A DNA stretch of 20,000 bases from the IMG/VR virus record IMGVR_UViG_3300017747_004610; one strand, 5' to 3'. The translations under genes were made by a program, and so were the position numbers. This document shows, one piece after another, positions 1-8,853 of the stretch (the stretch's first letter is position 1; each line of letters opens with the position of its first letter). Below the pieces are notes generated by a model, which had not been told where the DNA came from, searched no databases, and saw only the letters and a program-made list of their open reading frames with translations. This stretch comes from an uncultured virus (IMG/VR IMGVR_UViG_3300017747_004610). Taxonomy: Duplodnaviria; Heunggongvirae; Uroviricota; Caudoviricetes.

Positions 1-467
1 AATAATTTGAAAAATGATGGATTGTCTACTCTAACTAATTTGATTGTAGTACCAACAGTTAATGTATTTAATAAACTCGAAAAATCTTGCGCAGGACTAA
101 ACGCAGTATCACTTATTGTAATTCCTGTTGTAGTCAATGAAAAATCGTCACCAGTATTTAGTGCAAAGTATCCTGTACCAGGATTTGACATAACAGTAGA
201 CCCTGTAAACCTCCAAACGGCAATATTACCTTCTAATCCGGATGTTCCTGATGACCCACTTGAACCTGATGACCCACTTGACCCCGAAGACCCACTTGAA
301 CCTGACGTACCACTTGTACCCCCTGAAATGCTTGCAGTTAAGGATGAAAAAGCTATTTGACCTGAGGTTCCTGAGGTTCCTCCCGTAAAATTTGTAACAA
401 TATATAGTCTATCATTCGAGGTCGCGGCGGAGACTATAGGTAAATCAGTTATTCTAGTGTTTGACAT
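1..467 (-). CDS. Putative tail fibre protein with Gly-Ser/Thr-Ser collagen-like repeat, 3'-partial (absent from ORF track)
   Basis: Manual translation: MSNTRITDLPIVSAATSNDRLYIVTNFTGGTSGTSGQIAFSSLTASISGGTSGTSGSSGSSGSSGSSGSSGSSGTSGLEGNIAVWRFTGST... The frame is open to the window edge, and the RITDLP N-terminus resembles phage fibre N-termini. Confidence 0.82.
   Translation of the reverse strand, partial: MSNTRITDLPIVSAATSNDRLYIVTNFTGGTSGTSGQIAFSSLTASISGGTSGTSGSSGSSGSSGSSGSSGSSGTSGLEGNIAVWRFTGSTVMSNPGTGYFALNTGDDFSLTTTGITISDTAFSPAQDFSSLLNTLTVGTTIKLVRVDNPSFFKL
250..321. repeat. Imperfect coding tandem repeat, 4 x 18 nt
   Basis: Units gatgacccacttgaacct / gatgacccacttgacccc / gaagacccacttgaacct / gacgtaccacttgtaccc encode the (GSS/GTS)n tract on the minus strand. 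Confidence 0.85.
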
Positions 468-471
468 AACT

Positions 472-479
472 TATAAATA
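472..479 (-). promoter_or_regulatory. Putative late promoter TATTTATA, 4 nt before ATG 467
   Basis: Minus strand reads ATATTTATAAGTTATG; same octamer as in the other gaps. Confidence 0.55.
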
Positions 480-526
480 TTTTTCTATATTATTTTTTTC
501 TCTATATATCATTTTATTTTTTCGGT

Positions 527-859
527 CTATAGAGGAACGCCTCCCGATGACTGTACAACCAAATTGTTACCACTTTGAGTCATTATGATAATTCCATTTT
601 GAGTTATAATGAAATCTCCAAATACACAAGTCAATACCTTAAACACCTGACAATTGTTGGCATCGACCATTTTCAACAAAATTTCAGGTGCAGTTTGAAA
701 TATTGGTGGAATTACTGTGTTATATTCTATATTTGGAGGTACCGGACCAGAGTTTATTGTCCCCAAAAAAGTCTCATAGTTTCCGTAAACATCCGATATG
801 AATACATTAATTGGGTATGTCCCTCCCGATATTTCCGTAACTACTACCTGATTACTCAT
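527..859 (-). CDS. Small tail-associated protein (110 aa) with one degenerate SprB-like repeat
   Basis: ATG at 859 overlaps the upstream TGA (ATGA). Contains ISGGTYP and VDANNC; the C-terminal IITQNGIIIMTQSGNNLV is a short tandem TQxG repeat. Confidence 0.7.
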   Translation of the reverse strand: MSNQVVVTEISGGTYPINVFISDVYGNYETFLGTINSGPVPPNIEYNTVIPPIFQTAPEILLKMVDANNCQVFKVLTCVFGDFIITQNGIIIMTQSGNNLVVQSSGGVPL

Positions 860-2991
860 GTTAAACAAATTATATTATAGTCTATAACTAGATCGATAAC
901 GATTTCTTCTCCTTCCAAAGAAGTATTATTTCTACTTGTTTCGATAGTTATTTGATTATTTAGTTGGTCTATTATAACATTACCCACACCAGGTATACCC
1001 AATAATAAAGTACGAATTGTATCATACCATTGATTATCAGTAGGTACTTGGACTAATGATGTTGATGTAAAGAAATTTTGAGTTGCAACTATCCCCGATG
1101 GATTTACCGAAACTTTTGCAGTAAATGTTGCACTTATTAAATCACAACTTGTATTTCCTGAGGTTAAATCAAAAAATCCTTCATTCAACATTTGTAATAA
1201 TCCAAATTTAGTTGGAGATTGAATGTTAAATACTTCAGCTCCCATGACATAAGTTTGATAGGAGGTAGAATTCGTATTACAAGTTATGGTCGTATTTCTT
1301 GTTAATGAACATCCATTTGCATCCACCACAGTCAAAGAATAAGTACCTGCCGTCAAACCACTAACTTGAATTTGTTGTGGTTCGTTTGGTACATTATCAG
1401 ACCAATTGAAACTAAATGGTGGTTCGCCTGAAGTAATGAATGCCGTGATTTTCCCACTTGACCCACTACCACAAGAAGTACTATATAATGAATAATTTAA
1501 TGATTGGCTACTTGGTACTAATATGTTTGTAGTTTGAATACATCCATCCGCATCGGTTACGGTAATAACATGAGTACCTGACGATAAATTATTGAATGTT
1601 ACCGCAGTTAAGTTTGTATCAATTACATTTTGGATTCCATCTACAGAGTAATCCAAAGGTAAAGTTGCACCTGTTGTTGTTAAAATTGTTACAGAACCGT
1701 TATTTTGATTACAACTAGTTCCTACAACCTGTGTTGAAATTGTAAATTTGTTTTGAGCAACTAAAGTTACCTCCTCTAAAAAAGAACATCCTGTATTGTC
1801 AGATACACCCACAGTGTAAGTACCCCCACTTAAATTTCCAAATATTTGAGTAGTTTGAGAATTACTAATATTCAGTTGATTCCCTGTCGGATAAATTAAT
1901 GTATAAGTATATGGTGAAGTTCCTCCAACCAAATTAACAGTAATTGAACCGTTAGTACTAGAACAAGTTGAATTTTGTCCTTGAACACTAACACTTGTTA
2001 TCCCACCCGGAGTTTCAAGTGTTGTACCTGCGAACATTTGACATAGTCCTGCGTCTGTAACTTGGAAGTTATATTGACCAGCAGATAATGATGAAATTGT
2101 AAACGTTCTTGAATAGGAAACTAAAACGTCTCCTGTAGAGGCTGAATAGTAAAAGGGTGCTGTTCCACCTGTGATGGTCATATTGATGACCCCATTTGAT
2201 TGGAGACAAGTTGGTGCAGTCGATGTAAATATTCCAAGACCGACCGGACTTACGTTGGTTATTGTCGCCGATTTAGATAAAATACATCCGTAAGCATCGG
2301 TAACTTCAACAGAGTATGTACCCGAAGTTAATCCTGTAATCGTACTACCTGTCTGTGCATTACTCCATAGATAACTGTATGGTGCTTGTCCAGTTTGACC
2401 TGTTACAAAAATTTTACCTATTGGACTTCCACCACAACTTGAATTTGGCACAACATATAAACCAAAATCCAAAGGCTCCGATTCTTCAACTATAAATGTC
2501 TGAGTAAAAGCAGTGCATCCACCTAAATCTGTAACTCCCAAATAATAAGTTCCCGCACTCAATTGACCAAAAACCGCTTCATTTGTGTTTGTAGATGCTG
2601 AGGTAAGATAATTGTTATTTATATCATACAATGAAAAGTTTGTTGATGAATATAACGAAGTTGATGAACCTGTAACCGATCCATTATTAACTCCACAAGT
2701 TGTATTTTGTACTGCGACAATCGAACCACAAACTCCACTTGACACTGGAATGTTTAGTAGAAACTCATTGTTAGTTGGTAAACTACTATCATTTACCCTA
2801 ACTTGATAAACATTACTTGCCAACCCAACTAAAGATGCTGGCTGAATTGTTATAGTTTGAGGGGCGTAAGATGGATTAAGGAACTGTACTGTGTATGGAG
2901 GTGTCCCCGCACTAACGAATAAATTGAAAGCTCCTGAATTATTATTGGAACAATCACCAGTTACCGTTATGTTATAATTTAATGCTGCCAT
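856..2991 (-). CDS. SprB-repeat adhesin-like tail protein (711 aa, about 7 repeats)
   Basis: Seven roughly 80-aa repeats of the pattern C...NG.I......G..PY.Y.W....L.AG.Y.V.VTD..GC, as in Bacteroidota SprB repeats. No signal peptide is evident, and a distinct C-terminal domain follows. Confidence 0.85.
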   Translation of the reverse strand: MAALNYNITVTGDCSNNNSGAFNLFVSAGTPPYTVQFLNPSYAPQTITIQPASLVGLASNVYQVRVNDSSLPTNNEFLLNIPVSSGVCGSIVAVQNTTCGVNNGSVTGSSTSLYSSTNFSLYDINNNYLTSASTNTNEAVFGQLSAGTYYLGVTDLGGCTAFTQTFIVEESEPLDFGLYVVPNSSCGGSPIGKIFVTGQTGQAPYSYLWSNAQTGSTITGLTSGTYSVEVTDAYGCILSKSATITNVSPVGLGIFTSTAPTCLQSNGVINMTITGGTAPFYYSASTGDVLVSYSRTFTISSLSAGQYNFQVTDAGLCQMFAGTTLETPGGITSVSVQGQNSTCSSTNGSITVNLVGGTSPYTYTLIYPTGNQLNISNSQTTQIFGNLSGGTYTVGVSDNTGCSFLEEVTLVAQNKFTISTQVVGTSCNQNNGSVTILTTTGATLPLDYSVDGIQNVIDTNLTAVTFNNLSSGTHVITVTDADGCIQTTNILVPSSQSLNYSLYSTSCGSGSSGKITAFITSGEPPFSFNWSDNVPNEPQQIQVSGLTAGTYSLTVVDANGCSLTRNTTITCNTNSTSYQTYVMGAEVFNIQSPTKFGLLQMLNEGFFDLTSGNTSCDLISATFTAKVSVNPSGIVATQNFFTSTSLVQVPTDNQWYDTIRTLLLGIPGVGNVIIDQLNNQITIETSRNNTSLEGEEIVIDLVIDYNIICLT

Positions 2992-5978
2992 TAGTTATTA
3001 GTACAGTTTATACTTATATTTATCCCTGAATTCAAGGAAAGTGTCTCATTAATATTTCTTTCGGTACAAGTTAGACTTGTAATTGTTAACAAATTACCAT
3101 TTAAGAAAAATGTAAATCCATAATCATATAGTTGTGGAAGATATTGTATTAAAGCATTTCTCCACATTGTATTAGTTGGTACATCAGTCAAACCATATCC
3201 AACATAGAATAATTCTTTAATTATTAAATCCCCACCAATCCTTAAATCAACATACCAATTACTTTCAACTGAATTCTGAATACAGTCATTTAATGTTAAC
3301 CCACTCTGTGCTAACATATTATTGACTCTATTTGATAAGATACTACTGAAATTACTAACATCAACATCTCCATTCAACCAAGGATATATGTTGAAGTCCG
3401 TATATTCAGTTGTACAGGTGTAATCAAAAATATTAGATATGATGAAACAAGGATCGACAGGTACAGGAATAAACTGACATCCTCTTTGTCTTCGATAAAC
3501 AAACTTTTGTCTTTGGAATATTGAATTTTCCATTCTAACCCCCGTGTTCCATATTGTTGTTGCAGGAATCATTTGTTCCACCAACTTCATCCAATAAGGA
3601 CCAATACCATTTACATAATCAATTAATTTTTGATAAGTATATTTGTTATTAGGTAACCCAACCGCACTTTCGGATTCAATGTACTTCCAAAAGATTGATT
3701 GTAATGTTGGATAACCTCCAGTTTTTCCATCAGTAATGTATTGACGGTTTCTAACATTAATCATGTTCTCCCAAAAAGTTTGAGAGAATTCAAAAAACGT
3801 TTTCTTTTTTGGCTGTGGATTTACGAATGTAGAATCAACACCACCAGGTACAGGATATCCAACGGTTAGTCCTGATTCAGGAATTGGATAGTCATATCTT
3901 CTTGATTGGTCCCAAACATCGTAAACTAAACCTTGTGCAGGATTTAAGAAAAGGTCTACGTTTTTAACATTCAAAACTAACTTTTCATTGTCAACGAAAT
4001 AATATGCATTATAATCCGCACTTGTTGAAACTCTGATTTTATCATCTTCTTCCAACCAAGATTTATTATTATCAACTACTTTTCTAAGTTTGAATCCTTC
4101 AGTCATAAACGGAAAGTCTCTAAACCTATTCAAGTAAGGTTGTCCATAAGTAAATGGTGCTAACTGTGTTTGAATATTAAAATTTTGGCCTGTGAATACT
4201 TGGCCAGTTACTGTAACTTCGTCAGGACTTCTATGTGATGGTGTTGATTCGTACCATCCAGCCCCTATTTGAAAGAAATAACTCTCTGTATTGACAGGAG
4301 CTTTCGGATATCCCTCCAAATCGACAGGATAATCATCTAGTCTTGTCGTCACATCTTGATACGTATTCGTGGAGGTAAACGCACTGAATGTTTGTCCTTT
4401 TATCTTATACGTTGATCCAGGTATAAACCCTGGTGTATTTTGAACATATGTACCTCCTGAAATTGATGCCCACTGAACCCCAAACTAGTCCATATTTATT
4501 TTTTGGTCTGCTAAATAAATGTGTTCATTAAACTCTATCAATGAATCAGGTGCACCTATTAATCTTAACATAAATTCAACAGACCTTCTCGTTCCTTTTG
4601 ATTTGAACAAATAAGACGCGTTCAAAATTAGATTACGATAGAAAGCGTAATTCAATTCTGTTGGTGTTAGGGCTCTTGCATATCCTGGATATGTTGGAGT
4701 TGAAGTATTTCCGAATACCGAACTTAGAAAATCCTCGTTTGTTATTGGCGAAAAATTTGAACTCCATCCTAAAGTTTGTGCCAAGTTGACCAAAAGTTGT
4801 GATGGAATATCATTTGAAGGATTGTAACTAACAGAGTTCATATACGCCAACGCATCTATGAATTGTTTGATTTGGTCAAAACTTCTACCGTAAATTTGAA
4901 ATATCTTTTCAACTTTTTGTCCTAATGTATCAAATTCTTTTAAGGAATCAGTCACCAAAAATCTTGATATTAAATTTGTTTTGAATGAGTCCAAATTAAT
5001 GGCTATCGCCTCAAGTTGACTTAAATAGTCTTCAAATAAAAATGATTTAATATCCAAGTTCCACGGTCCTTCTTTTGGCCATGTTACTTGCTGATAATCC
5101 GTGAAAAATTGACCAGCCTCATTCTGTTGTGGAACTTGGAATACCGCAGTATATTCAGGTCTAATAAGTCGGTTGAGTAAGAACTTTTGAACCTCATCGA
5201 AATCTTCAGCGAAGATTCGGTCAACCACAAAATCATTTGGTCTGACTTGGAACTCTTCATTCGAAGTAGTTGCCGTAGTACCAAATGGTGAACCCGACAC
5301 AATCAATTCAATAAATCCTGAAGATAATGTTTGTGAAGGTCTGAATGCAACAAGATTATAAATATTGTCATTAATCGCAACACAGTAATCCAAATAGGTG
5401 TTATATAGATTCCTATAAGGAGAAACCGTAATCTCCCTTACTGATAAGTTTGTTGTTGCACTTAATGAATAATCAATATCAAATGGGTTATTGATTCTAC
5501 TAGTATCTATTCTGAATGTAGTTTCATTTAATGTTGAATCGTAAGATATATTAGTTGCTGTCGCGCCAGTAACGAAATCCTCATTATTGAACTGTATATC
5601 CAAAGATGCTGGAAATCTATGGATAATTTCAGTAATTGAAACTTGAAATCTCTTACTTAATGACCCATACATTGAAAAGTTTAGGACCTGTGACACATCA
5701 TAGTTCGGATATACTCTGAACTGTGTCGCCATTATTCTTCTACTCTCAGTTAAATCAGTAATATTTAGCCCCTCCAAACTTATAGGTTCAGAGAATGCTC
5801 CTACATTAAAGTCTCTAGTTACTCTTTCTGTAACCGAAGTTGTGAACTCAAAGTTACCTTGCGTAAGTCCTCCTCCTTCAACTGTTTGTAATCCTACAAT
5901 ATTGTCAGAGAAGGTTGCGGCTCCACTACCCGGCCGTGGTGGGTAAAAAAATTTAGTAGTACTTTGAGTCGTAGCCAT
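2991..5978 (-). CDS. Baseplate wedge protein, P2 gpI / T4 gp7-like (995 aa if read through), interrupted by one in-frame TAG at 4485-4487
   Basis: LVNLAQTLGW...YRNLILNASYLFKSKGTRRSVEFMLRLIG resembles the gpI/gp7-like signature. After INMD-TAG the same frame continues for 44 sense codons (FGVQWASISGGTYVQNTPG...YQD) straight into the 2991..4352 ORF, whose track start is only an internal GTG. Both ends are TAATG-coupled to neighbouring genes. Confidence 0.75.
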
Positions 5979-6886
5979 TAACTAGTTATATTTGTAAAGT
6001 TTTTGCTGAAATCGATATTATTACCTCTACTTTGTCTAACCTCATAAAGAAGAGCATTAAATTGGTCTCTAATTTCGTATAGGTTGTACTGTCTATAGAT
6101 ATTATCATTAGAGTCGTAGATAGTGTAGATACCATCATCAATAGACTTAGTTTGATTACCATATAGCGCAATAGCAAGAGAAGAAATATCGTACTCAACC
6201 ATTTCAATCTCAATAGATACTGGATTGAAGAAGGTATTAGAAATAATAATATCTTGGTCATGCTGTCCGATGTACGGAGTTGCGTTTGGTTTGTTCGTTG
6301 GTGATGAAGATGGTGAAAGAGTTAGGAATATCAAATTTGAGTTTCCTTCAACATATCTATATCTAATCGCTTTTTGTGTTGTATTAACTTCATTTGTCAC
6401 AACAGGTTCACAGAAGAAACTTGATGTTACAACTCTGAAGAAATTAGGAATTTTCGACCCATCAGCGTTTAGATATTCAACTCTGAATCCAACCAATCCT
6501 TGTGGAACAAATTTGTTTTGATATTGTGTTGGTACATCAGAAACGTCAATTATAATACCCTTAACGTTCGGTAATGCACTTAATACACCACAATCACTAA
6601 TTACCGTTCTAATCTCAGCAGGTCTAATATATAAAGTGTAAATCCCCAACGCGTTAAACTGATTTGCAGGTAGTGTTAAATTATAAAGGCCTCCCAAAAC
6701 TTCAACACCTGCATTCCCCCCTGTTTCGGAGTTTGCGAAGTAAGGTCTTAATATTGTTTGTGCATCCAACTTTGTTAGGACAAACTGGTCTGTCACATCC
6801 CTTGTAGGTGTGTAATTCATAATGATATCAACATCCGCTGGTGAAACATCTGAAGGTCTTATTGTACCGTATGAGCCGATTGCCAT
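5978..6886 (-). CDS. Hypothetical virion/baseplate protein (302 aa)
   Basis: Clean ATG-to-TAA ORF preceded by the conserved motif and coupled (TAATG) to the next gene; beta-rich composition, no recognised family. Confidence 0.72.
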   Translation of the reverse strand: MAIGSYGTIRPSDVSPADVDIIMNYTPTRDVTDQFVLTKLDAQTILRPYFANSETGGNAGVEVLGGLYNLTLPANQFNALGIYTLYIRPAEIRTVISDCGVLSALPNVKGIIIDVSDVPTQYQNKFVPQGLVGFRVEYLNADGSKIPNFFRVVTSSFFCEPVVTNEVNTTQKAIRYRYVEGNSNLIFLTLSPSSSPTNKPNATPYIGQHDQDIIISNTFFNPVSIEIEMVEYDISSLAIALYGNQTKSIDDGIYTIYDSNDNIYRQYNLYEIRDQFNALLYEVRQSRGNNIDFSKNFTNITS

Positions 6887-6895
6887 ATTCTCTTA

Positions 6896-6910
6896 TTTAA
6901 TTTATAAATA
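6896..6910 (-). promoter_or_regulatory. Putative late promoter TATTTATAAATTAAA
   Basis: Identical 15-mer to 15284-15298; the octamer ends 16 nt before the ATG at 6886. Confidence 0.6.
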
Positions 6911-6925
6911 CTTTATTTCCTTTTT

Positions 6926-8020
6926 TCAATTAATTCTTTCTTTATTAACTACGTTGAAAAATCCATATCCATAGTTAATCATATCTCCCAAGTTATCTAC
7001 TTCACCTAACCTCATCACTCTTTCGTAAGCACTATTCTTTCCTCTTTCAACGAATATATTAGTTTGTATTTGTGCTTGGTCAATTACTTTGAGTAAAACC
7101 TCATCTTTAGTGATAGGTTGTGCGGTCAAATTATTCGATGTTAACCCCGATGATTCTTGGAAGAATATTGTGGTCCCATCATTGTAATCATAGTAATGAA
7201 CTCCAGTAATTGTATAGGCAGTAAATACAGGATTTATATCTGAGATTGCCCCCCATATTTGTCCATAACTAATAACAGGTACACCAACTTGAAATTTAGG
7301 ACTACCATACAACGCCAATTCATTTACCCTAGATTTTGTATTGCCTGAAACCATGAATGGAATTGTAACATAGTTATTAGATGTCTGAGCCGAAACTACG
7401 TTCACCGCATCTCCCGAAAAAATGTAATCGTAAGATACAGGTGTCCCAATCCAATTTCCTGTGGATGGCGCAAAAAACGCTTCCCCCTGTGGATTATAAA
7501 TTACAACATCAGTAAATGGAACATTGATTGTTTTCGATACCTTTGTTATACCCCAAGGATTAGTTTGTTCTAAAGTTATAGTATATTGTTTGGTCGCGGT
7601 TGGATAAGTATGACTTATTGAATTGGGGGCATAAGTTGTTATGGTTTGTTTCGGACTTCCGTCCCCCCAATCCACTCTATACACCGATAACTCCAAAAAC
7701 TTTTGAAACTCATCCGAAGTATTGTAAACATTCCATACGTATGGATTAGTTGTTGTTGAAGAGAATAGAAAGTTCGTTACAACATCTTTTTGTAACACCG
7801 CTCCATCAAATGGACTATAGTATCCCGCATCAACCGCAGTTTGTCTTAATAAGACGTTTACAGATAAACCAGTTAATATTGAAGTCCCATTAGGTCCTGA
7901 ACTAACAACTTGCGTCATTGCCGAATAAACACCAACAGGAGTCCCTTGGTAATTTACCACAGACAAATCTCCTTTAATATTCTCAGGTGAAACTATGAAT
8001 CTATAACTATCCTGTGACAT
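6926..8020 (-). CDS. PKD-like domain-containing structural protein (364 aa)
   Basis: YRVDWGDGSP...ISHTYPTATKQYTITL matches the PKD consensus (WDFGDG...HTY...Y.VTL); TAATG coupling to the upstream gene. Confidence 0.72.
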   Translation of the reverse strand: MSQDSYRFIVSPENIKGDLSVVNYQGTPVGVYSAMTQVVSSGPNGTSILTGLSVNVLLRQTAVDAGYYSPFDGAVLQKDVVTNFLFSSTTTNPYVWNVYNTSDEFQKFLELSVYRVDWGDGSPKQTITTYAPNSISHTYPTATKQYTITLEQTNPWGITKVSKTINVPFTDVVIYNPQGEAFFAPSTGNWIGTPVSYDYIFSGDAVNVVSAQTSNNYVTIPFMVSGNTKSRVNELALYGSPKFQVGVPVISYGQIWGAISDINPVFTAYTITGVHYYDYNDGTTIFFQESSGLTSNNLTAQPITKDEVLLKVIDQAQIQTNIFVERGKNSAYERVMRLGEVDNLGDMINYGYGFFNVVNKERIN

Positions 8021-8853
8021 TATTGTGGTGGATTTACGTACTCATACCATTTTATGGGGATATTGGTTCCCACCCTTTGTCCACTAGTATTAAACACTTG
8101 GTAAGTCTGTGTTTCATAATCAAGTTTTACGGTATAGTAGAAAAACTGTGTATTATCAAAATAATACTTGTTATTTCTACTTAAATTGACTTGGGGTCCG
8201 TTAGTAAGATCGATTGGATTCGCTCCTCTACCTGTCATCATTTTTGTGAACTGTCCCGTCTTCGCATTAAAAAACTTAGCGGTCATAAAAAATGTATTTA
8301 TATTAAGAAAATTTCGTTTCTTCAACCAATACACAAAAAACCCTTCTTTATCACCAACATAATCCAAAACAAATTGAGGTTTTCTAATGTTAACCAAAGT
8401 CCTTTGCATTTGAGTTTCCATAGTCAAACCTTGTTGTGTTGGTAATATAATTGTCAAATAATTTGTTTGTTGTTTTTCGTCAGGAGTATCATAGAAATCC
8501 AACTTGAAAAATGAGTTGGCAAATACATTCTCATAATAATATACTTCTTGTGGAGTAAATCCTTCACTTAAGTAATTGATTCTCCAATTACTTGAATCGT
8601 CAAGAGACCCTCCAGAATAAAAGTAAAATTCGTAGTTAATTAAAGTGTCATTTGTAGTACCTGTTGCAGGTGCGTGTGCAAATCTTGAGATTTCAAAATC
8701 TCTTCCTTTACCTATAACATCTCTAATCGCTTTCTCCTCATACTCATCAATAGCCAAATCTAACCCCAAATAATCCCACTTGAGTTCAACAGGAATGTTG
8801 ATTTGTTTGTCAACAAAGCCAGTTTGTTTAATTACAAATTTATTCGCACTCAT
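8020..8853 (-). CDS. Hypothetical structural-operon protein (277 aa)
   Basis: ATG at 8853 overlaps the upstream gene end by 14 nt; its TAA overlaps the next ATG (TAATG). Confidence 0.7.
   Translation of the reverse strand: MSANKFVIKQTGFVDKQINIPVELKWDYLGLDLAIDEYEEKAIRDVIGKGRDFEISRFAHAPATGTTNDTLINYEFYFYSGGSLDDSSNWRINYLSEGFTPQEVYYYENVFANSFFKLDFYDTPDEKQQTNYLTIILPTQQGLTMETQMQRTLVNIRKPQFVLDYVGDKEGFFVYWLKKRNFLNINTFFMTAKFFNAKTGQFTKMMTGRGANPIDLTNGPQVNLSRNNKYYFDNTQFFYYTVKLDYETQTYQVFNTSGQRVGTNIPIKWYEYVNPPQ

Noticed and set aside
250..321. CRISPR array or DGR repeat
   Set aside because: The units are contiguous 18-mers with no spacers and vary mainly at synonymous positions, so this is a coding repeat. 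No reverse transcriptase or template/variable repeat pair was seen.
7..360. + strand 117-aa ORF with PDDPLE repeats
   Set aside because: It is the antisense shadow of the GSS-repeat gene on the minus strand (1..467), which has a proper ATG, the upstream motif and operon orientation.
2991..4352. Independent 453-aa gene starting at GTG 4352
   Set aside because: It is in frame with the upstream ORF across a single TAG and has no promoter motif or coupling at this start; better explained as the C-terminal half of one gene.
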